A stretch of DNA of 64,000 nt from Octopus sinensis (taxonomy: Eukaryota): positions 84,878,001-84,942,000 of the forward strand of contig NC_042999.1 of assembly GCF_006345805.1 (NCBI RefSeq), in the 5' to 3' direction. Below the pieces are notes generated by a model. It did not search any database and was not told where the DNA came from. It saw nothing but the letters and a program-made list of their open reading frames with translations. This document shows, one piece after another, positions 28,517-42,494 of the stretch (the stretch's first letter is position 1; every line of letters begins with the position of its first letter). Both the position numbers and the translations under genes were made by a program.

Positions 28517-28625
28517 TCAATGTTGCCTTCTATATGATCGATGTACTTGCTTTCTCGCTTTCTCCCTCTGTGAATTTCCATTAGTTACCTGAAATGCAAT
28601 AAAAAGTAGGAAAAAAAAAAGACGA
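28517..28625 (-). other. Strong 3' splice site followed by GTAACT (candidate terminal exon or recursive splice point)
   Basis: T10-CCTACTTTTTATTGCATTTCAG|GTAACT. Phase-0 frame reads VTNGNSQREKARKQVHRSYRRQH*. Confidence 0.35.
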
Positions 28626-29093
28626 ACATCGAATACACTTTGCCGAGCTCTCAAACGCATGAGTGTCATTGATACGGTGGTGACGTTGTATTTGTTATCT
28701 TTTGAAGCTCTCGAGGTTATTGCTATCGTTCTGGTTCGTATTGTTGTTGTTGATCTTGTTGTCTTGTTGAGATCTTTATTATTGTTTCTGATACAGATGA
28801 TGTTACTGATGGTGATGTTGATGCCGCTTTTTTGTATTTTGTATTTCATTATTTATATATACCTACTAGCTAAGAGTAGATTTTATTGGCTTAAGACTTT
28901 CATGGATTTGGCAGAATATTTATTAATCGTCTATAGTCCCCTATTTGTTAAACGTACTAAGCTACAGAAATAAGACATGTATAGTAGCCGTTATAAAAGG
29001 AAATAATGTGCACTCGTTTAAATATGTTGTCATGAGGATAACTAACTTTGCAGTTCTTGTCAAAAAAATGAAGGCAAACTTATTACGATCGAC

Positions 29094-29094
29094 G

Positions 29095-29179
<85 letters not shown>

Positions 29180-29210
29180 CAACAACAACAACAACCACAA
29201 TAATAATAAA
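29094..29210. repeat. (TAA)n/(CAA)n microsatellite
   Basis: Direct reading. Confidence 0.95.
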
Positions 29211-30050
29211 GGAGGCATGGGTCTTATCTAACTCGGAAACTACTATAAAACATCTACTGTAAGATGAAAATATAGCAAATAAAAAACAATAGGAAATAAA
29301 TATATATTGTTACAAAACACGAACAAAAAGTTTTTTTTGTCTTCAACGAAAGCAACAAATACAAATCAGAAACAAGAGACAGAAATGACAGGCATTTGTG
29401 AGCTAAAAGGTGAAAGAACACCAGAAATTATGATAGAAGCAACCAATCTAGAAAACAAATATGGCTATACACTTCCATGCTAAAATGATGGTAAGAAAAG
29501 CTCTCAGATTATCATTGTTTGGAAAAAAACACAGCGACAGAGCAGGAATATGGAAACAAGAAACAGCCACACTAGTCAACACTGGATGAGAAGGGTAGGA
29601 CTTCAAACTTGTATGAGCGGTTGTTGGTTACGAAACATGACCAAAACTCCGCCACCAAAGCACTGCAGAATATATATGTGTTGGTCAGTAACAATTACAC
29701 ACATCGTCTCCAGCTGCTCACAATGAAACATTAGTACTGGTGATTATGCCAGTGTCATGAAGAACCAAAACAAAACAAGTATTACGAATAATAACAACAA
29801 AAGAGTTATGTTTAAAAGTAGTTACATTTTGTAAATGTACACAAATGAGAGAAGTCCGCTTATGCCATCAGTTCACACAGACAAGAAGAACAAGCTAATC
29901 GACGGATATTGCTGTCAACCAATATCAAAAGCGAACATACTCCTAAGTAATATATCAATCGCAACAGACGATAATGCATCTCTCAAAAAATTTGGAAAAT
30001 ATCAAACTATAAAGATCTTGAAATAGAGATAACCAGAATAGTGACTAAAA
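29211..30050 (+). mobile_element. Highly degenerate R4/Dong-like RLE fragment
   Basis: GGMGLI*L at the start. VHTDK..LLSNISIATDDNASLKKFGKY..DLEIEI (RLE) at the end. Confidence 0.65.
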
Positions 30051-30409
30051 CTTATCGATTCAAATCGCCCTTTTTAGGGTGACCCCTCATTTGTGATTGT
30101 CATCGTCTGCTTAACTAAATTGTTAATCCGATCTGGGTAAGCTTTGCGATCTGGGAAAGACGCGTTCAGCTTCAAGTAACAAGATCCCTTCCAGATATGT
30201 CTATCTTGTTTGGCCATACAGGTTATAAGTTTGTAATCTATGTAGCTGACCACTTCTATTTGTGGACAACCTACTCTATCCTTATCTACTAACCTGCAGA
30301 ATTACCTATCTAGACATAATCTGAAGACACAATACGGGTCTTCTATGTCCTTATTAGCATATTTGGGAAATTAAGTTCGTGTCTTAGAAAGTTGGAGACA
30401 ACAATAATT

Positions 30410-30595
30410 CCTCAAATTTTGTATCAGAGGTGGGGTAGTCGATTATATTAATCTCAACGTTCAAGTGTTACTTATAGTATCAACTCCGAAAGAATGAAAG
30501 GTAAAGTCAACTGTTTTTATCAGAAGATAAAAACAGAAGAAATGCCGCGAAACATTTTGTCTGGCGTGCTAATGATACTGCCAGTTTTCCACCTT
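30410..30595 (-). mobile_element. Degenerate SINE family C copy
   Basis: GAATGAAAGGTAAAGTCAAC..GAAATGCCGCGAAACATTTTGTCTGGCGTGCTAATGA matches 54168-54602. Confidence 0.6.
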
Positions 30596-30632
30596 AATAA
30601 TGATAATGATGATAATAATGATGATGATGATG

Positions 30633-30676
<44 letters not shown>

Positions 30677-30734
30677 ATGATGATGATGATAATGATGATG
30701 ACTGATTGTAATATTTTGTGATGATAATAATAAT

Positions 30735-31660
30735 GATGAAAGTATGCTGTTGGAATCTCCCTAAAAACACTGGTGACTGAGCAACCTGATAATTGCTACC
30801 TCATATGAGTGACAATGGAAAAACAAAATATTGTGAATAACGGTGGTAAAGAAACTGAAAACCTTGATGGTGGTAGTGTTGCACCTGGAAGGCTCAGAGA
30901 TACTGGTCCGACCCGGAAACGGCGGCTCTAATCTGTGCTGCCCAAGAGCAAGCACTAAGAACAAACTACATAAAATAGAGAATAGACAACACATCAGAAA
31001 GTGATAAGTGCAGAATCTGTGGACAAAACAGTGAAATCGTATGGCATATTCCCAGCCAATGTACGTCACTAGCCCAGAAGGAATATAAGAGACGCCACGA
31101 CTATATAGCCAGGTTTTTCCATTGGACACTTTGAAACAAGTATGGACTTGACAGAGCAAAAAGTTGGTACGACCACAAACCTGAAAGCACCGTCTAAAAT
31201 AGAAATGCAAAGATCCTATGGGATTTTATGATTCGATGCGACCATGAGATTGAGAATAGGCAGCCGGATATAGTCTTAATTGAGAAAAAATTCAAACGAT
31301 GCTGGATCATAGACACAGCATGCCCAGCTGACAACAAGTTATGCGATAAGGAAGAAAGAAATGTCGAGAGATACGATAGGTTAGCTTGGGAAGTTAAGCA
31401 GTTGTGGTCGATGAAAAAGGTAGCAGTAGTACCAATAATTGTTGGAACCCTGGGAACAGTGAGCAAAAATCTCGAGAAGTACGTAGAACAAATAGCAACT
31501 GCAATAATGATGGAGCGCTTGCAGAAAACAGCACTGCTTGGAAAGGCTCGAATACTCCGGAAAGAGCTCTAAAAATCAGATGTGTTACCTTAGTTCACCG
31601 GTAGTGAACAGCTGACACTGTAGTATATCTCCAGCGTTAGAAGTTAGAAGCTGCGCAAAG
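30735..31660 (+). mobile_element. R4/Dong-like RLE retrotransposon 3' fragment
   Basis: ALICAAQEQALRTNY, CRICGQ..HI..C, RQPDIVLIEK..IIDTACP..KE..ERY..L..EV (RLE). Ends in (GAAA)n/(TAA)n. Confidence 0.9.
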
Positions 31661-31677
31661 AAAGAAAGAAAGAAATG

Positions 31678-31731
<54 letters not shown>

Positions 31732-31755
31732 TAATAATAATAATAATAATAACAA

Positions 31756-32312
31756 ATGACCTGATGCAGTACCAGGTAGTGGCTCTCATGGCTTTTTATC
31801 TTAAGTGGTTGGAAGTGTTATCATGTACATTATTTTGTCTTGGTGTAAAAGATGAGTTTACGGCAAATATCCTGCCCAGTACCACAGGTTTCCTTGTCAG
31901 TTGGTTGACCTTAACCAGGTGAGCCTGTCTGTTTAATGGCTGACGATATGTGCACCTGTGATCACAAGTAGAAGTAGCGGGGGGAATCATAGCCATATGT
32001 TGAGAGGAATTCGGTGAAGTTTGGATAATTCACCTCTGGAAACATGGGTGTTTCGTTCAACATCCTTAAACAATCCTTATGCAGGGACCTTTTGAACGAG
32101 ATGGGCTACTCGACCAGAAGAAAATTCTAACTGGGCTCCACCAGCAAGGTCATGCGCTGTTTATCTTGATACAAGATCGCCATGTCGCGCACACACAGTT
32201 GTGATGCATGTGCCTGGTGTACCCTTGACAGACGGGTGGTCATTATGGGTCTGCTGGGCTTGGTATATTTTACTCCCGTGTGACTTTGATGGCATGCACT
32301 ACTCTCACACTC
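31756..32312 (+). mobile_element. Non-coding TAA-flanked retroelement (~557-nt family), copy 2, full length
   Basis: Same 5' (ATG[A/C]CCTGATGCAGTACCAGG) and 3' (CACTC-AATAAT) ends as copy 1. (TAA)n on both sides. Confidence 0.85.
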
Positions 32313-32324
32313 AATAATAATAAC

Positions 32325-32398
<74 letters not shown>

Positions 32399-32432
32399 TA
32401 TAATAACAACAACAACAACAACAACAATAATA

Positions 32433-33477
32433 ACGTAAACAGACTGTATATGAAAAGAAAGAATGGTGGCAGAGGACTAATTATTATAGATCATTGTATA
32501 AGAAGTGAAAGGAGAATGCTCGCCGAGTATTTGATAAATAGTGATGAAGACCTGCTGATATATGCCACGAAAGATATGTGTGAAAGTGCAGATGAAATGA
32601 TGGGCAAGGAAGAGTTTAACCAAAGAGCTGAGGAGAAAAGAATACCTTGAAATGAGAACGTATGGAGTTTGGAAGAAATACACAGGACGTTAAGGATAAT
32701 ACAATATCGCGGGCATGATTTGAGCAAGGTGTTTTGAAGTGTACCACAGAAAGCCTGATCATTGCTGCACAAGACCAGGCTCTCGCTGCCAGTTCAGTGA
32801 AGTATAACATTTATTAAACTTCTGACACCCAGAAATGCAGACTCTGTGGAAAGAGTGTGGAAAATGTGACCCTCTCGGTAAGTGGATGTGAGAGCCTTGC
32901 ACAAAAAGAATACAAGCACCACCACTATAAAATTTGTTTGTATCTTCAGTGATTGTTATGCTGTAAATACCAATATCAAGTAACAGGGAACTGGTATGAG
33001 AATGTACCAAGTAAAGTTATGCAGGAGGATGGAAAAGAAACGATACTCTTGGATTTTGATTTTCAGACGTATCGTGTAATCGAACACCGTCAAACAGCTA
33101 TTGTCATATTGAATATGAGAGACAAATACTCTTAGATCATTGATGTAGCCATACCAAATGACATGAATGTTGTGAGTAAAGGAGTTGAAAAAATCTCCAA
33201 GTACTCCGAATTGAAAGTGGAAATGGCAAGATTGTATGCAATGCGAGAGGGTAATGTAAAAGTGATACCAGTGATGACTGGAGCGTTGGGCTCAACGCCC
33301 TTGAAACTTCAAGACTTCTTAAGACAACTGGAAATCCCATGCAAGATTGATGTCTTGCAGAAAGCAGTCTTATTGGACACAGCGTACATCTTAAGGAAAG
33401 TTTTATCTGTCAGAGGTCCTTGTTGTGACTTGACAGATGACTGCGGTGCGTTTTTTCCTACACTGTCTTACGAAGGA
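32433..33477 (+). mobile_element. R4/Dong-like RLE retrotransposon 3' fragment (third family)
   Basis: VNRLYMKRKNGGRGL, ESLIIAAQDQAL, CRLCGK, IIDVAIP..EKISKYSELKVE, LQKAVLLDTAYILRKVL. Flanked by (TAA)n. Confidence 0.9.
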
Positions 33478-33504
33478 ATAATAATAATAATGATAATAAT
33501 AATA

Positions 33505-34913
33505 ATGATGATGATGATGATGATGATAACACAAGACAGTGTTATGAATGCCCATAACAATAAAGCATGTTTATTGATCGACATGAGCATACCTTGTAGT
33601 CATAATATCTCGGCAAAAGAATTTAAAGATTTGGAAATTGAAAAAAACGTGGCATCTCAAAACGGTTACAATACCAGTAGTTGTATGAGCATTTAGAATG
33701 ATCAGAAAAGGAACTGAAAATTATTGAGGATTATCCCTCGCTTACAATCCATGTAAGAAGTACAAAACATTGTTTTAACTGATATGTCACACGTATTGAG
33801 AAGAGCATTGTCACTGTGAATTTTCTTTCTTTCTCCCCCTTTATTTTCTGCTTTCGTTTTTTTCATTTCTTATAATTTTTTCTTCTTTCCCTTTCCTTTG
33901 TTTCTTCTCTTTTTTTCTATCACACGATTTTATAAATTAATCAATCTGGTGTGGTTTATTTTGATGACCTACCAATGTATACAGTGAGTTTATTAGCCCT
34001 AGGTGTCGGAAAGACACTTGGCAAAAAGTGGAAACAAAATTAAAACAAGGGAGTAATGATGATAATAACAACAACAACAACACAACAACAACAACACAAA
34101 TTTACCAAGGGAAATCACTATTAGATTCAGCACGGATTTACCGAGGAAATCAATACGAAATTCGGCTTAGAAAAATGTGCCAAAGCAACGTTGAAGAGAG
34201 AAAAACTAATTAAGACAACAATATCATACTAGATAAATAATCTGAAATAACAGGACTAGACCAAGGCTAGACATAAAAATACTTAATAATTGATGAACCA
34301 AAAGTCAAAGAAGGGATATTATATATAAATTAGATTACTACTTAAAACAGAGCTATATTTAAATATATATGGTATTAAGCATCTTTACTCTAGCTGTCTG
34401 AGATATGTTCCACTTTTAATATTAATTGGACGCAAAATGAACAAGTACGAGTAGACTGGAAAACATGAAAAATAAGGACTGCATTTAGTGCACACCCAGG
34501 AATTGAAGGCGATAGAGGCCTTAAGCAACTAGAAAACTATTACAAATTATCCAAGACAAGACTATAAAATTATCTAATTCAGAAACAAGGAAAATTGACA
34601 CAAAGCAATTTAAGTTCTTTGGAAATGACGAAATAACCATACTCTGGGATATACCATAACCATCAAACAGGGAAGATAAGGGCAATAGACTAGATAATGT
34701 GATGAAGGACGATTAAGAAATAAGTGTTCCATTTCTAATAGAATAGGAGAGGAAATTAACCGAATGTAGAACAGAAACAATCATTATAATGATACATCAT
34801 AGTATGACCAAAAACATTCAGACAACTACATAACCAACATTCCAGGAGTTACGAATATATATAACTTATACACAGTAGCGCTGCTAAGTACCGCGCACGA
34901 CGACGACGACGAC

Positions 34914-34946
<33 letters not shown>

Positions 34947-36334
34947 AACACAAGACAGTGTTATGAATGCCCATAACAATAAAGCATGTTTATTGATCGA
35001 CATGAGCATACCTTGTAGTCATAATATCTCGGCAAAAGAATTTAAAGATTTGGAAATTGAAAAAAACGTGGCATCTCAAAACGGTTACAATACCAGTAGT
35101 TGTATGAGCATTTAGAATGATCAGAAAAGGAACTGAAAATTATTTGAGGATTATCCCTCGCTTACAATCCATGTAAGAAGTACAAAACATTGTTTTAACT
35201 GATATGTCACACGTATTGAGAAGAGCATTGTCACTGTGAATTTTCTTTCTTTCTCCCCCTTTATTTTCTGCTTTCGTTTTTTTCATTTCTTATAATTTTT
35301 TCTTCTTTCCCTTTCCTTTGTTTCTTCTCTTTTTTTTCTATCACACGATTTTATAAATTAATCAATCTGGTGTGGTTTATTTTGATGACCTACCAATGTA
35401 TACAGTGAGTTTATTAGCCCTAGGTGTCGGAAAGACACTTGGCAAAAAGTGGAAACAAAATTAAAACAAGGGAGTAATGATGATAATAACAACAACAACA
35501 ACAACAACAACAACACAAATTTACCAAAGGGAAATCACTATTAGATTCAGCACGGATTTACCGAGGAAATCAATACGAAATTCGGCTTAGAAAAATGTGC
35601 CAAAGCAACGTTGAAGAGAGAAAAACTAATTAAGACAACAATATCATACTAGATAAATAATCTGAAATAACAGGACTAGACCAAGGCTAGACATAAAAAT
35701 ACTTAATAATTGATGAACCAAAAGTCAAAGAAGGGATATTATATATAAATTAGATTACTACTTAAAACAGAGCTATATTTAAATATATATGGTATTAAGC
35801 ATCTTTACTCTAGCTGTCTGAGATATGTTCCACTTTTAATATTAATTGGACGCAAAATGAACAAGTACGAGTAGACTGGAAAACATGAAAAATAAGGACT
35901 GCATTTAGTGCACACCCAGGAATTGAAGGCGATAGAGGCCTTAAGCAACTAGAAAACTATTACAAATTATCCAAGACAGACTATAAAATTATCTAATTCA
36001 GAAACAAGGAAAATTGACACAAAGCAATTTAAGTTCTTTGGAATGACGAAATAACCATACTCTGGGATATACCATAACCATCAAACAGGGAAGATAAGGG
36101 CAATAGACTAGATAATGTGATGAAGGACGATTAAGAAATAAGTGTTCCATTTCTAATAGAATAGGAGAGGAAATTAACCGAATGTAGAACAGAAACAATC
36201 ATTATAATGATACATCATAGTATGACCAAAAACATTCAGACAACTACATAACCAACATTCCAGGAGTTACGAATATATATAACTTATACACAGTAGCGCT
36301 GCTAAGTACCGCGCACGACGACGACGACGACGAC

Positions 36335-36387
<53 letters not shown>
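33505..36387 (+). repeat. Near-identical tandem duplication, unit ~1418 bp, each unit carrying two degenerate RLE-LINE fragments
   Basis: 33526-34900 repeats at 34945-36318, with (GAT)n at all junctions. Contains LLIDMSIP..DLEIE, FGLEKCAKA, ALLSTAH. Confidence 0.95.
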
Positions 36388-36390
<3 letters not shown>

Positions 36391-39090
36391 ATGTAAAAGC
36401 CCAAAAATTTTGATCAGTCAGTAGCACAGACCCAGTACTAGACTGGTGCTCCACTGGTACTATACTGAAAGGACGAAAGACAATGTCAGCTTCACTTCAG
36501 CAAAATTTGAACTCAAAATATAAAGAACAGGAACGGCAACGCGAGAAAGTGCGACAGAAACAGATTGACAGAGAAATAGGCAGAAAGACGAATGTGTTTA
36601 ATCCTTGAAAAGTGAAAATTATAAGACATTGTCGGAACTGAATTTTTTGGAATATCTTTTTGAGCACAGGACATATGTAATGATGTTTAGAAGTTTGATG
36701 CGTAATTTTGATCTTTCACAACACAGTATTTGACAGTCGATTGCTTTCAATCAGAACATCGATAACTGATTCATTTGGCTGATTTGTCCAGTTTAGGCAT
36801 TCCTATACTCACACATCTGTTTCTGATCGATTGTGCACAGCTGAATGCACCCATCCATATATAAGAATATATTTTGTTACAAGTAAGAACTTGTGTCTAT
36901 GTCACAATATAGTGTAAGTATTCGTTAAATTTTGACCATTTATTAAAATATCAGGTTTTGAAATAAATACGAACAGTTAGAGAGAAAAGAAAACACTCAT
37001 GGGATGCTATTTAACGATCAAATACAAGTCAGAGAGTGATAAAGTAAATTATGTTATATTAAATTTAGCTTGACAACATAATAATTATAAAAGAGTAATG
37101 CGTGGAAATTGATGATGCTCTAGTTGTCACTACGTAAAAGCCAAATTATTCAAGCAATGAAATAAAGTATATGCATAGTGTCAGAAAATTTATTCCATTA
37201 CTAGAATTATTTGCCTAATAGTTGAAATTAGCTCAATATTCCTCGGGTTACTCTGTGTGCGGATTGTATAATCGTTGATTTATTCGTTCTGGTAGTATAA
37301 TAATATCTGTAAAATTACATATAGAATATTTTATACCGATCGTATACAGAACATTAACATTTAATACAGAATGATGTAGAGAGAAACAAATAAACTGAAA
37401 AAGAGGCAGGAGTGATATATGTAAAAAGCTATATACATAAGTTTCATTAACCAATGTGTCCTGTTTTTGAATCTTTGAGATGGGATTTGAGGGAGATTTT
37501 GTTGCTAATTATAGCCATTCGACAATGTTTATATTAGTGGTGCATTAGTCTTCCTAGTAAGCCACACATTACTGACAACGCTATTATGCGTCATGCTGAA
37601 GTAATATTTTGAGAACATTCGTTCACAGCTACAAGCTATTGTTCAAGATATTGAATCTGCATCCATTGTCACGTGTATGTTTTTGTTGCATAACATGCTT
37701 TTTTCGGGATTTTATTTTTCTAGTAGATTGTATAGAGAAAACCTTTGACGTAAGATGCAGCATACCTGTAAATCAAAGTTTATTACTTTGCTTTATGACG
37801 TCTATAGTTAATGGTTGTATTTGCAAAAATATGTAGGTTTATTTGCAGGCATATGTATATTTGTATGTGTGTGTATATATGCGTGTGTGTGAGAGAGAGA
37901 GAGAGAGTATATGTGTGTGTGTGTGTGCGTGTATATACACACACGTACACACATTTATATATATATGTGTATTATGCGTATAAACGCGTAATATTCCATT
38001 TGTGTTAATACTTATATATGTCAGTATTACACGTACATGCATCAATGGTTCAGTGTTTACTTGAATGTACATTTCATACAGAAGCGCACACACGTGTGTG
38101 TATGTGTGTTTGTGCGTGCGTGTGTGTATGCGTGTTTGTGTGTGGGTGGGTGCATATGTGAGTGTATGCGTATGTGTGTGTGTGAGGTGTATAAATGAGT
38201 GTCTCACCTATGTTAAGAGGAAGAATGTATATGGGATGTTTTGGATGGACAAATTTCATCGTCTCTTGTATATGTATGCCGTCGAATCTTGTATATGTAT
38301 GTGTATGTATATAGAGAATTATATAAAATTATATATGTATATATACATATTACAACACATACACACACATTTAGACGCCAAATTCTCGGAACACCATCTA
38401 TATGTTTTTTTCTTCTGCACGCATCCTTTTCTCTAGTGCAAATTTGCAACTACTACAAATTACATAAAGAAACTAGGTCTTGTCCTGGTCTCCAGTAGAA
38501 GCACAGAAGCACTTTTCATATGCGACATAATATTTGGACAATGTGAAATAATACTTTTACTTAGAGTCAATATAATATCCATAAACATAATACAAGCAGT
38601 CAACAGATATCTTAAAGTATCTAGAAGCTATCATTATGCTATCTGTAACAATCAAACACAAACCCGAATGCAGCGTAGATAAGGGAAACACTGCTGACTT
38701 GAACAAAACCTTGAAAACATCGTGATTCTTCTTTTAAATATTCTTCTCGCAACAAATCTTACAGCTTCAAAATACAACTTACTTGAATACTTCTAAAACA
38801 CTATTAATATATACTATCGGCAATAAAATGTTCCAGAACAATTGATCAAATATTCTATGAAACGTAAACATACTTTGTTGAACTTTTCCAGAGAGTTTTT
38901 CTTTTTAGGATGTTCGCATAACAGTATCCCGTCTTGGGGCATAGATATTTCTGCATAAATATTTCAATGAATCTGCATTAGTAAAACCTTCCATTTGTTT
39001 TATCCTGGGAAAGTTTTAGATAGAAATTATGTCTGATACGACTGTAAATTCGATATAGACAATGTTATATTATGGCAGAAAATAATTCTA

Positions 39091-39257
39091 GATAGGAGCA
39101 AGAGTGGCTGTGTGATAGGAAGCTTACTTCCCAACCGCCGATAGAATATGTACTAGGCTTACAAAGAATAAGTCCTGGGGTCGATTTGGCGACTAAAGGC
39201 GGTGTTCCAGCATGGCTGCAGTCAAATGACTGGAACAAGTAAAAGAATAAAAGAATA
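39091..39257 (+). mobile_element. Internally deleted SINE family A
   Basis: Head joined directly to the 3' third at CAACCG. Confidence 0.8.
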
Positions 39258-40211
39258 ATTGACAAAATACTGGTAAGAAACAAATTCAGCATGATGGAAA
39301 TATACAAGAAACATACAAAATTCCATGCAAAATATAAGCCAACTTGTAACTATCAAATTACACGCATCGCTTTTCTAAGGGCATCTTGCCTTTCTAAATA
39401 CAAAGTAAACCGAGTAACTATTAAATATTTGGACGACATTGAAAGAATTTATTGGGATGTAACATCGAGCATTTCTATATCTCCAATTTCTTCAGGTTAG
39501 GTATCACGTAATATTTTGCTGCACTGTTACAATTATTCTGAAAACAATCGGTTGGAGGAGTAACATGCCTTCTAACAACCTGGCACCTGGTTGATAGAGC
39601 CATTTCAAACATTAACGGGTCAGGAACTACAAATTTTGCCTGACTAAATTGCGATACTACATAAGCGGAGATAAGAGGAATTGTTCAGTGCCACATCCTA
39701 AGAAGGTTCTTTTCGGAAAACATCCAGCCTGAGGAAAATCTCAGTTTATAAAATCAACTTTGGTAAGTTCTAGCTATCCAGCCATAGGATGAATTACATC
39801 GACAGTGGCAGAACTCCCTCTACATCACTATAATACAAGAACAGAATACCTTACCATCGGCAACGAATCCGATCATGTAGACAGCATTAACTTTCCAGTG
39901 AAATGGCTTGGATAGCATGATGCATTAAGTTGGTTTTCACCATTATTTACAGTATAGTCGAAAGTCACATATATGCATCCTCTGTGCGTGTGCGAAACTC
40001 TGAGTAACGATTACATGAGTCACTCACTGGCTACATTGACTCAGTACTGTTCTTTCGTTTACATACAAAATATAAATATGAAAATACACATATATACACA
40101 CATGTATATATGTATGTGTATATATATGGAGAGAGAGAGAGAGAATTATATAAAATTATAAATGTATATATACATACATATTACAGCACATACACACACA
40201 ACATATGTGCA

Positions 40212-40267
<56 letters not shown>

Positions 40268-40464
40268 CGTGTGTATTCATTTATTGCACTAAACTTAATC
40301 GAATAAAGGTGTAATTCATACGGGTGTTTTTCTTGAAAGTTATTAGATTAACACAATCGCAACATGCCTACAATTAATCCGAAAACAAAAATTTAACAAT
40401 CCTAGAACACACGTATGCACACACGACACACGCACACACCATGCATATACATTATATATGTATA

Positions 40465-40509
<45 letters not shown>

Positions 40510-40648
40510 TATATATATATACACACACATAAACTCATGCAGGACTCATATATAATTACTTCTTCAAAAGAAAATTCACTGGTACAAAACAGAAACATAA
40601 ATGCATACATAAATACACACACACACACACATACACACATATGTATAC

Positions 40649-40691
<43 letters not shown>

Positions 40692-41289
40692 CCCATTCCT
40701 TCATACACGTATACATTTACATACACACGTGCAAATAGATATGATCACCCACACGGGCGCACACATATACGTGTATGTGCGCACGCGTATGAGAGTGTGT
40801 TGTGCGCGCGCGAATGTAAGTGTGTGTGTGTGTGTGTATGTGTTGTGTAAGTGTGTGTGCGTATGTATAAGGAAAGAAAATCCATACTTAGGCAGTTGCA
40901 CAGATGCATTGTAGCACCTGCATATTTATATAATCACAAGTCTATTAAAATCAGAAAATAAAATCAATACCTACTTCCTGTCTAACTGCCTGTAATGGAG
41001 CATGCAATCCAAATTCCATCAAATTGCCTCGCTCACTGTCAGCTTTTTCACCAGAAAAATCGACATGCTTCCGGAAACTACTGAATATGTGCACATGCAT
41101 ATGTATGCCTGTGCTCATGTTTACGAGTGTGTGCGTGTGTATACACGCATGCGTGTGTTTGTATGCATATATATATATATATATATATATATAAACATAT
41201 ATATGCATGCATGCATTTGTATACATATATATATATTTCATTTACATATACATATGTGTGTATGAGTATGTACGGACATATATATGCAT

Positions 41290-41381
<92 letters not shown>

Positions 41382-41626
41382 ATAGACAGAAAATCATGTA
41401 TGTATGTATGTATGTGAACGAGTGCGCATTGGTATACTTTGGATATGCTATAGTTTAAATTTATGAGGTATCTATACAACCAGATGTATATAAATAAAAT
41501 GTGTGGTACATACATATACGTGCACAGAGATGCACACATGTGTAACTTTATGTGTGTGCATGTGTTTGTGTTTGTGTGTATGTGTCTTTGTTTGTTTGAC
41601 AGGAGAGAGGACAAATAGAGAAAGTG

Positions 41627-41673
<47 letters not shown>

Positions 41674-42329
41674 CTCTGAAAGGTGAGAGCTGATTTATGT
41701 ATTTATATTACTATATTACAACGATAAATATCTCTCCTAGCCATTTTGTCTCATAATGTTGGTAATTTAGCTCCGGATTTGAGCAGCGTTAAACAGATGA
41801 GAAACGACTCTTCTGCTGGATAGGATGCAAATTTACTGCAGGTAGCATTCCCGGAAGTTCTTTTATCGATTCCTACTTAAATAAACTGAAAATATAGACT
41901 GAGTATCCTGAAGAGACTTAATGAAAAATTGCGACATATATGAACGCAATAACCATGTTTCGGTAATCAAATCCCTTATCTACTCGGCCAATTTCTCTTC
42001 ATTTTTATCATAAAAGTTCTTGTTTTTTTTTTTTTTATCTATAACGCTGAAATTTCAAATTGGAGCCAATATTCCTTCCCTGAATATAAATGAGTCCAAA
42101 TGAGTTTTTCTTATTTTTTTCATACTTTTTATTTCTCTTTAAAAAAAATTAGTTTTTTTTCTATGTTTCTTTCTGTATATCAGGTAGCTTGGTTCTTACA
42201 GAGCTACCTTCGCGCCACAGGTTTTCTGATGTATTATCACGCAAAGCTAATCGGACTACCCAACGAGAACATCATTATTATTTATCTAAATATTAATTCT
42301 TTATATACATACACACACACACACATATA

Positions 42330-42373
<44 letters not shown>

Positions 42374-42447
42374 ATTATTATTATTAATATTATTATTATT
42401 ATTATTCACACACACACACACACATATATATACACACACACACACAC

Positions 42448-42494
<47 letters not shown>

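Noticed and set aside
31756-31900. HDV-like or hammerhead ribozyme at the 5' end of the 557-nt element
   Set aside because: CTGATGC is not the hammerhead core and I could not build the HDV double pseudoknot by eye, so it is left as a test
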